Origin: Octopus bimaculoides | Lineage: Eukaryota | Assembly (NCBI RefSeq): GCF_001194135.2 | Contig: NC_068993.1 | Span: 14,120,524 to 14,184,523 of the forward strand | Direction: 5' to 3' | Length of the DNA stretch: 64,000 nt | In this document: positions 13,296-27,151 of the stretch, piece after piece | Position numbering within the stretch: the first letter of the stretch is position 1 | How the letters are laid out: every line of letters begins with the position of its first letter | The notes under the pieces: model-generated | What the model saw: only the letters and a program-made list of their open reading frames with translations | What the model was told of the DNA's origin: nothing | Database searches by the model: none | Made by a program: the position numbers and the translations under genes

Positions 13296-13440
13296 TTCTC
13301 ATCTTCATTGTTGCTTTAGCTACGTTTCAGCTGCTGGAGGCTCCGACCTTTGTCAGGTATCTTGTGCTTCACAAGACACTTGACGAATTCTGGAGCGTCC
13401 AACAGCCGAAACAAAGGGAAAGCAATAATCAAAATGAGGA
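13296..13440. repeat. 145-bp imperfect palindrome carrying two hammerhead-like cores (probable inverted Penelope-type terminal repeats)
   Basis: Arms 13296-13366 and 13370-13440 align without gaps at 53/71 identities by hand count, with a 3-nt loop. The arm consensus is CTGACGA-AGGCTGGAGCCTCCARCAGCC-GAAACGTA. The palindrome is directly seen; the PLE origin is inferred. Confidence 0.75.
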
Positions 13441-13686
13441 TACCACAGTTCGACTTATGTAAACAATGTACATAATATAAATGCTTCATCTCAGAAATAT
13501 AGAATTGTATATTTATAGTAGTAGATGTGTTTGTTATGCAGGATTGGTCATCATTTTCGTGACCTGGTGGATTAGACCTATTAAATAGATCATGAAATCA
13601 TTCCCGGCAACTTTTCGTTGACGTCCGTCAATCTCAGATGTGTAGATATATACTTATATATATATATATATATACACATATATATT

Positions 13687-13856
13687 TACGCAACGGGCTT
13701 TTACACAGTTTCTGCGGATCAGATTTACTTAGACAGCATTGTTTGGCCTGGTGATATAGTGAACGTCACTTGCCTAATGTACGGCTACGTGGAAATGAAC
13801 TCGAAAGTATTTGGTTAAGCATCGACTTTGCTAACCACACTGCCATTCATGCACCT
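13687..13856 (-). mobile_element. SINE family A-related 5' half, strongly diverged
   Basis: ACGCAACGGGCTTTTACACAGTTTC...CACTTGCCTAATGT...CTAACCACACTGCCAT is colinear with the head of the 6727-7095 copy. Confidence 0.6.
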
Positions 13857-15334
13857 CAAGTATCTTTCTTTGGGAACTGAAAATCATTATTTTATTTCTC
13901 TGTGAGATGTTTTTGTTTTCAAAGAGAATTGGAGTACAAATATGTCTGGCATAACTGCATCGATGAAAAATTTTATCCACATCAGCTTTATCAATACATT
14001 TAGAAAGTTCTCACTAACTACAGATTTTACACTGAGAACATATTCAAAATAGTTAAAGTAAATCTGAGCACAGTAATATTATATAATACTCATGCTAAAA
14101 GATGTTATATGCATAATTTGGGTTCTAAATACATCCCTATATTACCGGATCACATGACTGATAAGATAATCAAAACACGTATTAAATTTTTCATCTCATC
14201 AGATTATCCTGAAATATTGTTATGTAGTATAACCAAGCTTTCGTAAGACACATTCGGAATGACAAACTGTAAGACGTAGGATGTCTATACGCATAAATAT
14301 TAACTACAGAAATAGAAAAATAATAAAGTATAATCATCTTTACAATGTAATTATAACCCAATTCCCTCAAAACAGGCTGTCAATGGAAGGCCTAAGAATT
14401 CAGATATAAGAGTAATTACAATTCCATTACTTAACTGAAATATACTTGGTACCTAAAAGAGTGAGTTAAAAGAAATTAGGAGCATAATAACGCGCAGTTT
14501 TCCAGCAAAGGTAAAGTCATGCAAGTGTCATTTAGGCTCAATAGAGAAGCTGAAATTATTAACATCGCGTTAACATCTTAAATAAGAAAGAAGCAATTAC
14601 ACGCGGTTTGCAGAGAAATACATTTAAATTGAAACTTACAAATACATTACTGTTCGCTTTCAATAATCTTAAGCATAAGATTGTTACTAGGCGTTCGGTG
14701 TACGAAATTTGACTCTCAAATATTTTTGCATGTAATGTATAAATAGAAAAATTTATATGAGTAAAAAGTTGACGATAATTATTTCCGTCTAAGTTGCATT
14801 CCTTCATTAAACCTGTTTAACATAATTAACATCTACAGTGCGTGGTTTATCAATATCGTTCCATAAAATCGAAGTGTATTATCGTTAGATACGATATCTG
14901 TAGCTTCAATAGAGATGTTGAGCATGTTTGTAATTCGAGGCTGAGATTATACCTGAAATATAAGTCTGCACTGTAAGACATGTAAATTTAATTGCTGTTG
15001 TAAGACAAGAGTGTCCTCTTCAAGTAGTCTGTTTCCTGTTTAAAGAAACTTACAAATGATATCCGTGAAAACAGCGGATTACATATTTGACTTTCAGTTT
15101 TGCAGCCGGGCAATTTGAGGCCGCTCAGTTAAACATGTAGGTAGTTATATTGTAATTACAATGCAAATAAGGAAGACATTTCGTTTCTCCTATGTTTTTG
15201 TTAATAAGGAATTTCCTTAAAATTTACGAAACAATTTCATCACACGTACATACATTAGAAGAGAAAATGGTGAGTTTACTGCATGTGTTGTTGCTAACCG
15301 CTTCAGGGATACTGTTAAATTAATAATGTAAGGC

Positions 15335-15535
15335 TTTGAGCGGGTCGAATCATTGCCATAAGGGACAAAATGCTTAGCAGAGTTTCTTCCGGGTTTTAAG
15401 ATCAGAATTCAAATAATGCCGAGGTCACGTTTGATTTTAATCCTCATGGGGTCAATAAAATGAAATAAAATAAATTAAGTACTGGTGTCAATGTAATCTC
15501 TCTTAAATTGCTGGCTTGAGTCAAAATTTGGAAGA
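15335..15535 (+). mobile_element. SINE family B, diverged
   Basis: AAAATGCTTAGCAG...AATTCAAATAATGCCGAGGTCACGTTTGATTTTAATCCTCATGGGGTCAATAAAAT...AAATTGCTGGCTTG..CAAAATTTG. Confidence 0.65.
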
Positions 15536-16246
15536 TATATATTTACAAACATTAAATGTAACAATTCTAATCCTTGTCACTTACATCCATTAATGGAAAT
15601 TATATATTTGTGCGAGGAAAATTATGGGTAGGGCACACATGAGGTAATGAAATTAGTTTTTAGCCTTTGGAATGAAAAACAAAAACAAATATTTGTGGAG
15701 ACACGGAGTAAAAGAAGAATAAAAACGGAATTGACCACATTCACTAAATTATATTTTGCAATACAAATTGAACATTAGAAAGTCCATTCGAGGCAAATTT
15801 GGCGTATAAACAAAACACACGATCAATAACGTTTACATTGATAGTGATACATTTACTTTGTAATTAAAATTTTCTTTCATATGAGATACGTCGCAGCATA
15901 TCAGCAAACAGACTCCACCCTATTTGCATATAATAGACTAGCTTCTTTTCACTCTTTTTCCAGATGATCCGAATGCAGTGTACAATAATGACGGAATATC
16001 AAAATAATTTACATTTCTAATATTCTCGGTGATTCTGAACAGAGCTGTGTCACCTGGTCAGTAGCATTCAGGTGGGAGTTCTTTAACACCTGGCGTCGTT
16101 TGGGGAGTTTTCCCCGGATGATATAGCGCAGCAACTGTGGTATAAAGAGAAAAGAAATACATCATACCTCTGTAACCCGATAATGTTTCCATAAAGTTTA
16201 ATTCTTAATATATATATATTCGTGTGTATGTGTGCGTGTATGTATT

Positions 16247-16321
<75 letters not shown>

Positions 16322-17521
16322 TTATACATAGTGATAAATGCAAACGACCGTATGTGTATTTGCGCGCTGAAGTGTGTGTGTGTGTGTGTGTGCACTCTTG
16401 AGCCTTTGTGATTTTGTTCGTGTCTCATCAGATAACAAGCACGAAAACAAATACTTTGATTCTCTTTAGGTGATAACAAAATATCGGTTCAGCATATTTG
16501 AACTATGGAACAGATACCAGGTGGTAATCCTGCATAATCATATTTTAATGAGAGCACAAGGAAAATATGAACTATGTGGTATGGGAATTACCAATGTATT
16601 TACTATTTTATTCCCAAAATAGCACAATAAACATTCTCAGAATTACGAATAGGAAAGCCATAGGATTAACACGTGATTATTTCGACAAAAGATTGACATG
16701 AAATGTAGTTTATAAATTCGCACGAGTAAAAATGAAATGCAAAGTTAAACCCAAGGAAATTTTTAATGTAAACGTGGAGATGCGTAAATAAGTAATACAC
16801 CATGATTATATTTCCAGCATCCTACATTCCATCATCCACGCATTTAAAATGGCGTCAGTTATATAATTTCCGTCTAATCGCAACGATTGCAAAATTTAAC
16901 AAGAATTTAGAAGAGAATGCATTAAGTAAATGGAACTGTTAGTGGGAGAACTAATAAATAGTTATTTGTAGAGTCATGTGTTAGCTAAGAGTTTACATGT
17001 GGCAATACATTCATTGCTTTTACTGTCAGAATCTCGCTCATTCATGTTTATCGCAAATTAAACCATATGTATTTGTGTTTGTGTCTGCCCACATACTTTG
17101 GCTTTTGTTTCAGAAACCACCTGCGGACGTATTGCGAAGAAATCTATATATATGTGTCCATATATATATATATATATATATATANNNNNNNNNNNNNNNN
17201 NNNNNNNNNNNNNNNNNNNNNNNNNNNNNNNNNNNNNNNNNNNNNNNNNNNNNNNNNNNNNNNNNNNNNNNNNNNNNNNNNNNNNNNNNNNNNNNNNNNN
17301 NNNNNNNNNNNNNNNNNNNNNNNNNNNNNNNNNNNNNNNNNNNNNNNNNNNNNNNNNNNNNNNNNNNNNNNNNNNNNNNNNNNNNNNNNNNNNNNNNNNN
17401 NNNNNNNNNNNNNNNNNNNNNNNNNNNNNNNNNNNNNNNNNNNNNNNNNNNNNNNNNNNNNNNNNNNNNNNNNNNNNNNNNNNNNNNNNNNNNNNNNNNN
17501 NNNNNNNNNNNNNNNNNNNNN

Positions 17522-17559
<38 letters not shown>

Positions 17560-19389
17560 CGCACTCGGCGTGTGTTGTTGTTTTTTTTTTCATTTTAAGA
17601 CTAATAGTGTGTGTCATACATGCTCAGCAAATTCATCCCTGTCCTCAATTAGGATTCGATTACTTTAATCGAATTTCTATCTAAGATACAAAAAAGATGC
17701 TATTTTGATTGCCCAGATTAAGATTTTGGATACTGCATGATTGCTGAAACTTGAACATTCTGAGTAAATTATGAGGTTTCATGTTTCGTAAGTTAAAGAT
17801 TTTTGAGTAATATTAGAAAATGTAATGTATTGAACCACATGACTTAATTAATCTGCACATTTCATTTGAATGTCTGCTACGTTAGTTAGCCATAACACAA
17901 TAACTAAAAACGCAAAGCCACTTATGAGACATTGACAGAGTATCAGAAAATGATCTTCAAAATATACCATAATTATAGAGAAACATCTAATGGCTACATC
18001 CAGAATGCTTTTACCTTTTCTAATAATTGTGTCAGAAATAATCTAGCGCTGAGGTTTAACTCAGACATAGGAACTGTTTATCATATCAGGATTACTGACG
18101 TAGTGTTTTCAGTGGCATATCCCTTGCAGTTACCCTAATCTCAATACCAAGGCAAATATATATTGAAAATATAGATAATATAAAATTTGTTTCATAAATC
18201 CTATCCTAAAGAATGCAACACGTCCGTTTTATTATTTACAGACAATGCCTGCCGATTCAAAACAATAAGCTGAGGACAAATGAATTGCTCCTTAATTTAG
18301 ACAACGAAGGCATAAAGGATACATTTCTCCTAGGGTGGAATCTTGTGTATTTAGATAAAAAAAAGTATTCGATCATTTTTTAAATAGTTTCCACAAATTT
18401 TGCAAAAGCGAATGTTATATGTATTCGTTTATCCTTATTTTCTTCGTACTATTCGCACACGTATGTAGTTGCTCTCCCTATTTCTATAAACAATGGCCTG
18501 ATCTCCAGTGTCAAAACAGTTATGATTATGGATCACAATGCAGATAACATTTTATCTCAAAACTGTGTTTGCTTTGTTGGCCGATTGTGTAGATGTGGCT
18601 AAGTATATCTACAGTATATGTTATCGAAAAATAAGTAAACGTAGATTTTAATTTTATGATTACTACTTTCTGCATGTTATGTTTATTTTGTCTTTATGTA
18701 TATTGATTTTAACATCAACTAATTTTGAATGCGTATGTTCCTTTCAGTCAATAACTCCTTGCTGAGATGGATTAGAAATTCTTTTCGTGTTTCATGTATA
18801 TCTAGTTAACACATAAATTGGCCTTGGCTTTTGTTTATTTTCTTTTTCATAGCAGAACCTTTTTCATCTATTTTGTCAAGAATCAATAGATCAAGAAGTT
18901 TACGGTTGTGTATAACCAAATCTACTTCTTTCCGATTGGACATTCTGTTTACATTATATTCGATGCATCACGATCGACCACTATTTATAGTTTGCATTCA
19001 GATTAACCTGCCACTTTTTCAGAGTCTGCGCAGTCAATGGCTAACTAGCGGCTTTGGAAGATGATAAACATGCAGTTAATATCTGGATAATTCTTTCATT
19101 TTGATATATTTGAAATTCAAAAGTTTCTTTTATTTATTTCATTCGTGCGTACCTTATATCTCTTGATAATTTTTAATAAGTTTCGTCGCACACACAGAGA
19201 AAAAAAATGCTTCACTTTTAAGACGCATCTCTGAACAATGTGTGCAGCAGGTTACCATATCATGCACAAACATACATGAATAGACAACTGCGCGTAGGCG
19301 TAAGTGACTGTGTGTGTATTTGTGTACGCGTGCTTCTTCGCTGATGTATATATGAATGAATAATATGAATAATTGAAAGAAAGCAAAGA

Positions 19390-19575
19390 GCGGGTACGCC
19401 GGGCAGAATGCTTTAGAGAATCTCGTTCATCTGTACGTTCCAGGTTCAAATTCTGCCGAGGTATACTTTGCCTTTCATCCGTTTCGGTTTCGAAAAAATA
19501 ACTACTAGTCTAGCACTGGTCGACTCACCTCTATCCTCTGAAGCTCATGGCTGGTGCCAACATTTGAAACCAACA
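19390..19575 (+). mobile_element. SINE family B
   Basis: ACGCCGGGCAGAATGCTT...GGTTCAAATTCTGCCGAGGTATACTTTGCCTTTCATCC...GGTGCCAACATTTGAAACC. Confidence 0.75.
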
Positions 19576-19757
19576 TAAATAACAGAAATATAATCGTAAG
19601 AGTGGTGTATCAAGAACGAATTCCCGTGAATCGTATCTTCTACACTGAGTTATAAGCACACTCATCCCTCTCCCGTTGTCAGTAATGGGATGACGAAGGG
19701 ATTGGTCTGTTGAAAATTGTAACCAACGAAACTGTTTCTCCCAATTTGCGATATACA

Positions 19758-19794
<37 letters not shown>

Positions 19795-20973
19795 NNNNNN
19801 NNNNNNNNNNNNNNNNNNNNNNNNNNNNNNNNNNNNNNNNNNNNNNATTTTGAACAGGGAACGCTTTCAAAAAGTGCTTATTTATACATCCATAATATGT
19901 GTTTGACATCACAATGTACTTTTTAACATATTCGACAGACACAAACACATATATTTTTTAGGGCGTCAAAATAAAATATAAACTCAAACATTGGCCGTCT
20001 ACACGAAGACACAATCGCAAGCACATATTTGCGCCCGAATTATAGACATTCGCATATATATCCTGATAACATATCTTACTCGCTCTTTGAATAGAGACAA
20101 AATGGAGGTCTTCCTTATGAATTAGTAATGATGTACTTTAGAACATCGTTTGCTTTTGCCCTTCCTAACACCTTCCCTCTCACTGTATATGCTAACATAT
20201 ATATGTGTATATTATTGACACACACACATATAAAGAGAGAGGGGACTGTAAGAGTGTAAGAGAGACATGTATACACGCAGAAACACATATACACACACAC
20301 AGACACACAAGTATATATATATATGTACACATACATGTATATGTGTATAAGTTTGAGTGGATTTATATATTTTATGTGCTTAATGCTATATGGCTACTTC
20401 ACATAAATGCGTGAAAATATGTCTGTAAGTGTTTACCAGTATATATCGCTACTTATGTACGTATATACACATTACATTGAGATATAAACACCTCTCGATT
20501 GCTTGAGACATATAAAAAAAAGTATGACTGTATGGGTTCAAAAAAATGAAGAACTCTTTTCATAAATCAGTAATAAAAATGTCACACAAAAGCTACACCC
20601 CGAATACATGCCAAATGTTATCTCTTTACGAATCCATAAACCTGTTGAAACTAATTTAAAACACATAACTCACACCGTACTCTTTAGTCTGTTTTAACTT
20701 CTTCGCTCTTGTTTATTCTCTTTTAAAATTTCCTTCTTGATTCAATCCTTTGATTTTTTTTCTTGCTGACATATTTCTCCTTCTATCGTTTTCGATTATT
20801 TTTCTGTTTGAAATATTGGGTGGCTGGATAGAGTCTGGTAGCAAATTCAGACTGTTTTTTTAGATCTCACCATCCACCATATGCAACACGAACGTTTAGG
20901 AACATCATCAAAATTCTTCTCAGGTGCGTACGTACTAATGTATATTTGTATGTATATATGTGTGCATGTATAT

Positions 20974-21096
<123 letters not shown>

Positions 21097-21639
21097 TATA
21101 CATACATACATACAATACATATAGTATCTAAGTATAAGGTTTTAAAAAATATGCACCAGGCGATTATGTTTCTGTATCTTCTTTCCTCATAAGTTTCTTG
21201 ACTCGGAATAATGTAGTTCTGTTCCGAGCGTTTGTTTCGAGTACTTTACTTTTGGAGAAGGAGATCCTGGCAGTGCTAATATATTCCTCATTTGTACTCA
21301 TTTATTAATCCTCTGTACGAAATCAGTACTAACAAGCGTCATGTAATTTCATGAAAGATTATATGAATAACTTTCGCAAATGCTGATGTTTAATTCTTAT
21401 TATCATCTTCCTTTTCATCTATACTTCCTGGAATTTTCTTTGTTATATATTATAATCTTCTGGAAAAACAAGCATTTTGAAATTCTCTTTCACAAAAGAA
21501 CATATTGTAATGATCTTTTCTAATCTACCCAAATACATACATTATTTTAGTATGATTTTTATATGTTAAACTATTTAAACCATGTAAAACAAGTTTATTA
21601 AAAAATGATGCGAAGAATACCAATATTAGTTACTGAATA

Positions 21640-21820
21640 AGGCAGTGCGATAGCAGGCAAAATACTTTATGGCATTTCGACTGTTTGTTCAAATTCCGCC
21701 GAGGTTGAGCTTATCTTTCATCGGTGACGATAAAATAATTACCATTTGAATACTAGAGTCAATGTAATCGGCTTACCCCCTCTCCCGATGTTGCTGACCT
21801 GGTGCCAAAATGTGAAACAA
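21640..21820 (+). mobile_element. SINE family B
   Basis: GTTCAAATTCCGCCGAGGTTGAGCTTATCTTTCATCGG..GATAAAATAATTACCA..AATGTAATCGGCTTACCCCC..GGTGCCAAAATGTGAAAC. Confidence 0.75.
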
Positions 21821-23645
21821 GTGTTAGTTACTGAATAGAAGTATTTTAATTCTTACGTCAGGATCGTGTGAACGAACATTTTCGTTTGCTTGTCTCATCA
21901 GTGAAGCACAATCTTCACCTTATTTGCAGAAGTGACTATGAAAAAGTAAAAGAAACTCAAATAATGTGCAAGAAGATACTTTGGACGCATCAGAAATGAA
22001 TGTAGAATAATTTAGATGGCATACAGTACGTTGAATATCTCAGTTTGGCATTTTATGAAGGTACCGCAGACATTTGTACAAAACCGTTTGTCTTTCAACC
22101 TGAATTAGATGTCAAATGCAGACATCTTATGTATTCCAGTATACGCCTTCAGAATTTAGATATGTCGGATTCCATTTTGATTTCAAATAAATCATTCAGT
22201 TAAATTGGGTTTGTAATCTGTAATGGATAGTTGGGAATGAATAATACTACACTCTTTTCAAATATATAGGTATCTAGCTAGCCAACGCAGAAACTCTATG
22301 ACCACTCGCACCCCGAGTGGTAATCAGACCAGTCTACTTCAATTCACGCTAAGAAAATCTCGGGCATATTTGAATAAAACTATCTAGGATAAAAGGACTA
22401 TCGGTCGATGCTGGAATGCATTTAAAATGATGCTGAAACTAACTTAATAGAGTATGAATATCATCAATGTACCTTCAACAGCATGAAATCCCAACGATTT
22501 AGAATATCATTGATACCAGCAAGGATTATCATTTCATTCCTTGCTGTTCACTCATACACATATATGTGACGCTAACTGAAAAAAACAACACACAGTTCTT
22601 AATGGTGAATTAACATCAGGTGCCTAAACCAATATTTTGTAACTAAGCACTCCCAGAACTGAACATCACTTGCTGGAGCATTTTAGGGGTTCATCCTCCC
22701 ACATGTTTCTAATCTTTACCTGTAAGACCTTTTCACACCTACATGTAGATGATCAGACCCTAACGCCCACGACATCGCGAAAATCTCCCCATATTGTTAC
22801 AAACCTAAAGCAAACTTACGTAAATTTTGTACTTATATGGCTCATCAACAACCGGCGTAATATAGCACATCCCAAATGTATCCCCCTTCTTATCATTGTC
22901 GGCATCGTTAGCATCATCATCATCATCATCATCATGTAAAATAATCCATAATCACAACACACACATACACGTTCGATCCCCCCCACACACGTACATATAC
23001 TCTAACAAACACATACACACACGGGAAACAAGAGCCCTAAGACTTACATCGAACACATTCGCAAAATCTTCAGCACGGAATTGGAACAACGTAGCAGATT
23101 TTCTTCGAAGTATTATATACAGTTAAGAAAAAGAAACAGCACTAATATTGAGCAAACAAGAAATCAGATCTACTATGAATAGTATCAATACCACCTGGGT
23201 ACGTGTATATCCAGAAATAATTGTAGCACAGTATACAAATAACATAAATTAGTATAAGTGTTCATAGTATACAAATGATATGAGCAGGTTATCTATGCAA
23301 AGAAACAAAATAATGGTCTCTAACAAAGACACAAGATCTGGAATTAAGGGAGTGAGTGAGTGGTGGAATACAACAACTACAGTAATAAAAATCTGCCTTA
23401 TTTTATCGACACCGGGAAGTAGATCGGTACAAAGCATTTCTCTCAATTACATACCGGCTATATTAATCTATCAACTTCACGACCCAAGTGTAACGATAAC
23501 TATGAGTACATACATACAGACATACATACACACACATATACATACACATATATATGTATATATACACGTACATATGTATGCATATATATATATATACATA
23601 TACATATATAATTACATGTGCACATATACATATATAATTATATGT

Positions 23646-23697
<52 letters not shown>

Positions 23698-24420
23698 GGA
23701 GACATATATATATACATCCATACATACATGCATACATACATGCATACCTACTTACCTACATACATACATACATACATACATACATACATACATACAAACA
23801 TACATACCTACCTACCTACCTACATACATACATACATACATACATATATACATGCGTACGTATGTACGTACCTATTTGTTTTGGTGTACATATAAAAGAA
23901 TGTGTGTAAATTATAAAATAGAAATGATTCTCATAAAATAATTCTGTTGTGTTAAACTCCCGAAACTCATATTTGGTAATAAATATGTCGCTGTTTCTTA
24001 TAGTTTCCATATTTTGGCATTTGCTTTTCTTTCACATATCTTTTCATAGACAAAATGTCTGCCAAATCGTATTTTATTTTAACAGATGCCAATGCAGACC
24101 ACCAGCAGTATCATTGGATTACAGATATTACCATATATTATCTATTCTATAGGGACATTCGGCTTTGTTCTTACTCCACTGAGAGAAAAGAAAAACTCAC
24201 AAATGTCTTTGTTTGAATTAGAAATTATTATATGTGAATACAATGTTTTCACTCTCTTCATTGTTTCTATATTCAGCAGTGATGTTCAGCTGTATTTTCT
24301 TCGGTAATTCATTGGTTCTAACAATCACTTCAAATGTGTACTGCTAATTGGTTCATTGCACTACATATAACTCTTTATATGTGTATTGTATATCTATGTG
24401 TCTGTTTGTTTGATTCTCCC

Positions 24421-24422
<2 letters not shown>

Positions 24423-24496
<74 letters not shown>
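24423..24496. repeat. (TATC)n microsatellite
   Basis: Perfect tetranucleotide run; a second one lies at 26561-26614. Confidence 0.95.
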
Positions 24497-24885
24497 CAAA
24501 CAAATAAATATAGTATATAAATAAACGAACATTGACCTTACGTTTCTGACTCTCAGTTGTTCCGGGTATATTTACCCATTATACCTTTGCCCACGAATTG
24601 AATTTCATTGAATTCCTGATGTAAATGAGACACATATGGGGACATAGATGAAACAGGAAGACTAATTTGCATATCGTACATTATCCAATATTTCAATTTT
24701 TTACCCATCTGACATTTATTTATACACGACTTCTATTAGGAAACATAACACTCTTAATGTACATGTTTTCGCTTCACAACAGTTGCACTCTAAAGGATGA
24801 ATTTATATCAATATATACAAGTGTTTCTCTTCTGTTGATATTTCTTGCCGTGTGCTTAAATTTGGAACCTTTATATATTTTATAG

Positions 24886-25070
24886 TAAGGCGGCACCATT
24901 AACGGCATTTCTTCTGTCTTTAAATTATGAGTTCAAATGCCACCGAAGTAGACTTTGATTTTCACCTTTTCAGGATCAATGAAATAAGTACAAGTTGAAT
25001 ACTGGGGTCGATGTAATTGACTTATCCACTCCCTCGATATCTTTGGATGTTTGCCAAACTTCGAAACCAA
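24886..25070 (+). mobile_element. SINE family B
   Basis: AAGGCGGC...GAGTTCAAATGCCACCGAAGTAGACTTTGATTTTCACC...AAATAAGTACAAGTTGAATACTGGGGTCGATGTAATTGACTT. Confidence 0.75.
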
Positions 25071-26559
25071 CATATACTGTCATTCTCTTCGCTTACTGAA
25101 GATATATATATANNNNNNNNNNNNNNNNNNNNNNNNNNNNNNNNNNNNNNNNNNNNNNNNNNNNNNNNNNNNNNNNNNNNNNNNNNNNNNNNNNNNNNNN
25201 NNNNNNNNNNNNNNNNNNNNNNNNNNNNNNNNNNNNNNNNNNNNNNNNNNNNNNNNNNNNNNNNNNNNNNNNNNNNNNNNNNNNNNNNNNNNNNNNNNNN
25301 NNNNNNNNNNNNNNNNNNNNNNNNNNNNNNNNNNNNNNNNNNNNNNNNNNNNNNNNNNNNNNNNNNNNNNNNNNNNNNNNNNNNNNNNNNNNNNNNNNNN
25401 NNNNNNNNNNNNNNNNNNNNNNNNNNNNNNNNNNNNNNNNNNNNNNNNNNNNNNNNNNNNNNNNNNNNNNNNNNNNNNNNNNNNNNNNNNNNNNNNNNNN
25501 NNNNNNNNNNNNNNNNNNNNNNNNNNNNNNNNNNNNNNNNNNNNNNNNNNNNNNNNNNNNNNNNNNNNNNNNNNNNNNNNNNNNNNNNNNNNNNNNNNNN
25601 NNNNNNNNNNNNNNNNNNNNNNNNNNNNNNNNNNNNNNNNNNNNNNNNNNNNNNNNNNNNNNNNNNNNNNNNNNNNNNNNNNNNNNNNNNNNNNNNNNNN
25701 NNNNNNNNNNNNNNNNNNNNNNNNNNNNNNNNNNNNNNNNNNNNNNNNNNNNNNNNNNNNNNNNNNNNNNNNNNNNNNNNNNNNNNNNNNNNNNNNNNNN
25801 NNNNNNNNNNNNNNNNNNNNNNNNNNNNNNNNNNNNNNNNNNNNNNNNNNNNNNNNNNNNNNNNNACGCATATGTTTATATTTACGTACATCTGTTTATT
25901 TTACTAAGTATTCGTGCTTCTTTAAACAAGTGTTAAGATAAGAGCGTGCATGAGCTGGAGAAGAAAATGAGCAAAAGCAAAAATAGAAAAAAAAAAAAAA
26001 AACTCATCACACAAAGCAATCCATTTGTGTCAAAAATTTAATATCTCAAATTTGGTAGCATGATGTTATTTGCTAATATAGTTTCCATACGTTGGTGTTT
26101 GTTTTCCTTTGACATTTCTTCTCATAGTCAAAATGTCTGCGAAAGCGCATTTTCCATTTTCTACTGGGACACTTGTCTTTGTTCTTGTTCCTTTGAGAAG
26201 AAAAAAAAATTACAAATGCATCTGTTTACTTCAATAAGAAATTCTCAAATGTAAGTGGAATTTTTCTATGTTTCTTCCAGTTGGTTTTAATGACAACAAA
26301 CTCTCCACATACTAGTGTATGCTTTTCTTTAGATATTCATATTCGACGTTATTGCAGGGAGATGTCTTTCTTAATTACAAGCTTCATCGCAGTCCGTCAA
26401 ATTAATTCATATCATATAAATATAAGACGACGTACATTTTTCAAATTGCTTTCCTTCACTTATGGACTTCAAGACAATTTATTTGAAATTTGAAACTTTT
26501 AATTCATAAGAATGTTTACAATTTCATAATTAGCTGCTTGAGAAGAACTTAACCTTTCT

Positions 26560-26614
<55 letters not shown>

Positions 26615-26949
26615 GTCTATGTGTCTGTATATCTGTCTTTCTGTCTGTGTATCTATCTATTTATTTATCTATCTCTGACCCCTTTTATCAAATAAATATG
26701 TGTGTGTGTGTTTCTGGTTTATGCTTCATATATATNNNNNNNNNNNNNNNNNNNNNNNNNNNNNNNNNNNNNNNNNNNNNNNNNNNNNNNNNNNNNNNNN
26801 NNNNNNNNNNNNNNNNNNNNNNNNNNNNNNNNNNNNNNNNNNNNNNNNNNNNNNNNNNNNNNNNNNNNNNNNNNNNNNNNNATATATATATATATATATA
26901 TATATAAAGTAAACAACAGGTTGTAAGGAGCACCAATGCTGTTTATCTC

Positions 26950-27150
26950 TGAGGCTGGTGAAATAAAGTACCTCCATATCACTGGAGCTGATGGTAACTT
27001 TTATGCCCTGACTCTCGTATTTCCTTGAGTTTCGGGTAGGCTTTTCATCCTTTCACGAACGTTAAAATGCAGTACCAGTCAAGTAAAAGTGTTGAATGCA
27101 TCGACTAGAAGCGTTCTCAGAGAATTGCTGGTCGTGTGCCTAAGCCAGAA
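26950..27150 (+). mobile_element. SINE family B, highly diverged
   Basis: GCTTTTCATCCTTTCACG..AAAATGCAGTACCAGTC..TGCATCGACT..AATTGCTGGTCGTGTGCCTA; preceded by an AAATAAAGTACC..CACTGGAG segment also seen at 59975. Confidence 0.5.
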
Positions 27151-27151
27151 T

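Noticed and set aside
22301-22333. GC-rich hairpin ACCACTCG/CGAGTGGT as a Helitron 3' end
   Set aside because: No CTRR at the expected distance (CCAGT on plus; CTAG is 19 nt away on minus) and no 5' TC end identified.
24574-24615. EFNEIQFVGKGIMG, a GxGxxG-like exon
   Set aside because: The frame closes shortly after, donors are weak, and no other kinase or Rossmann exon was found.
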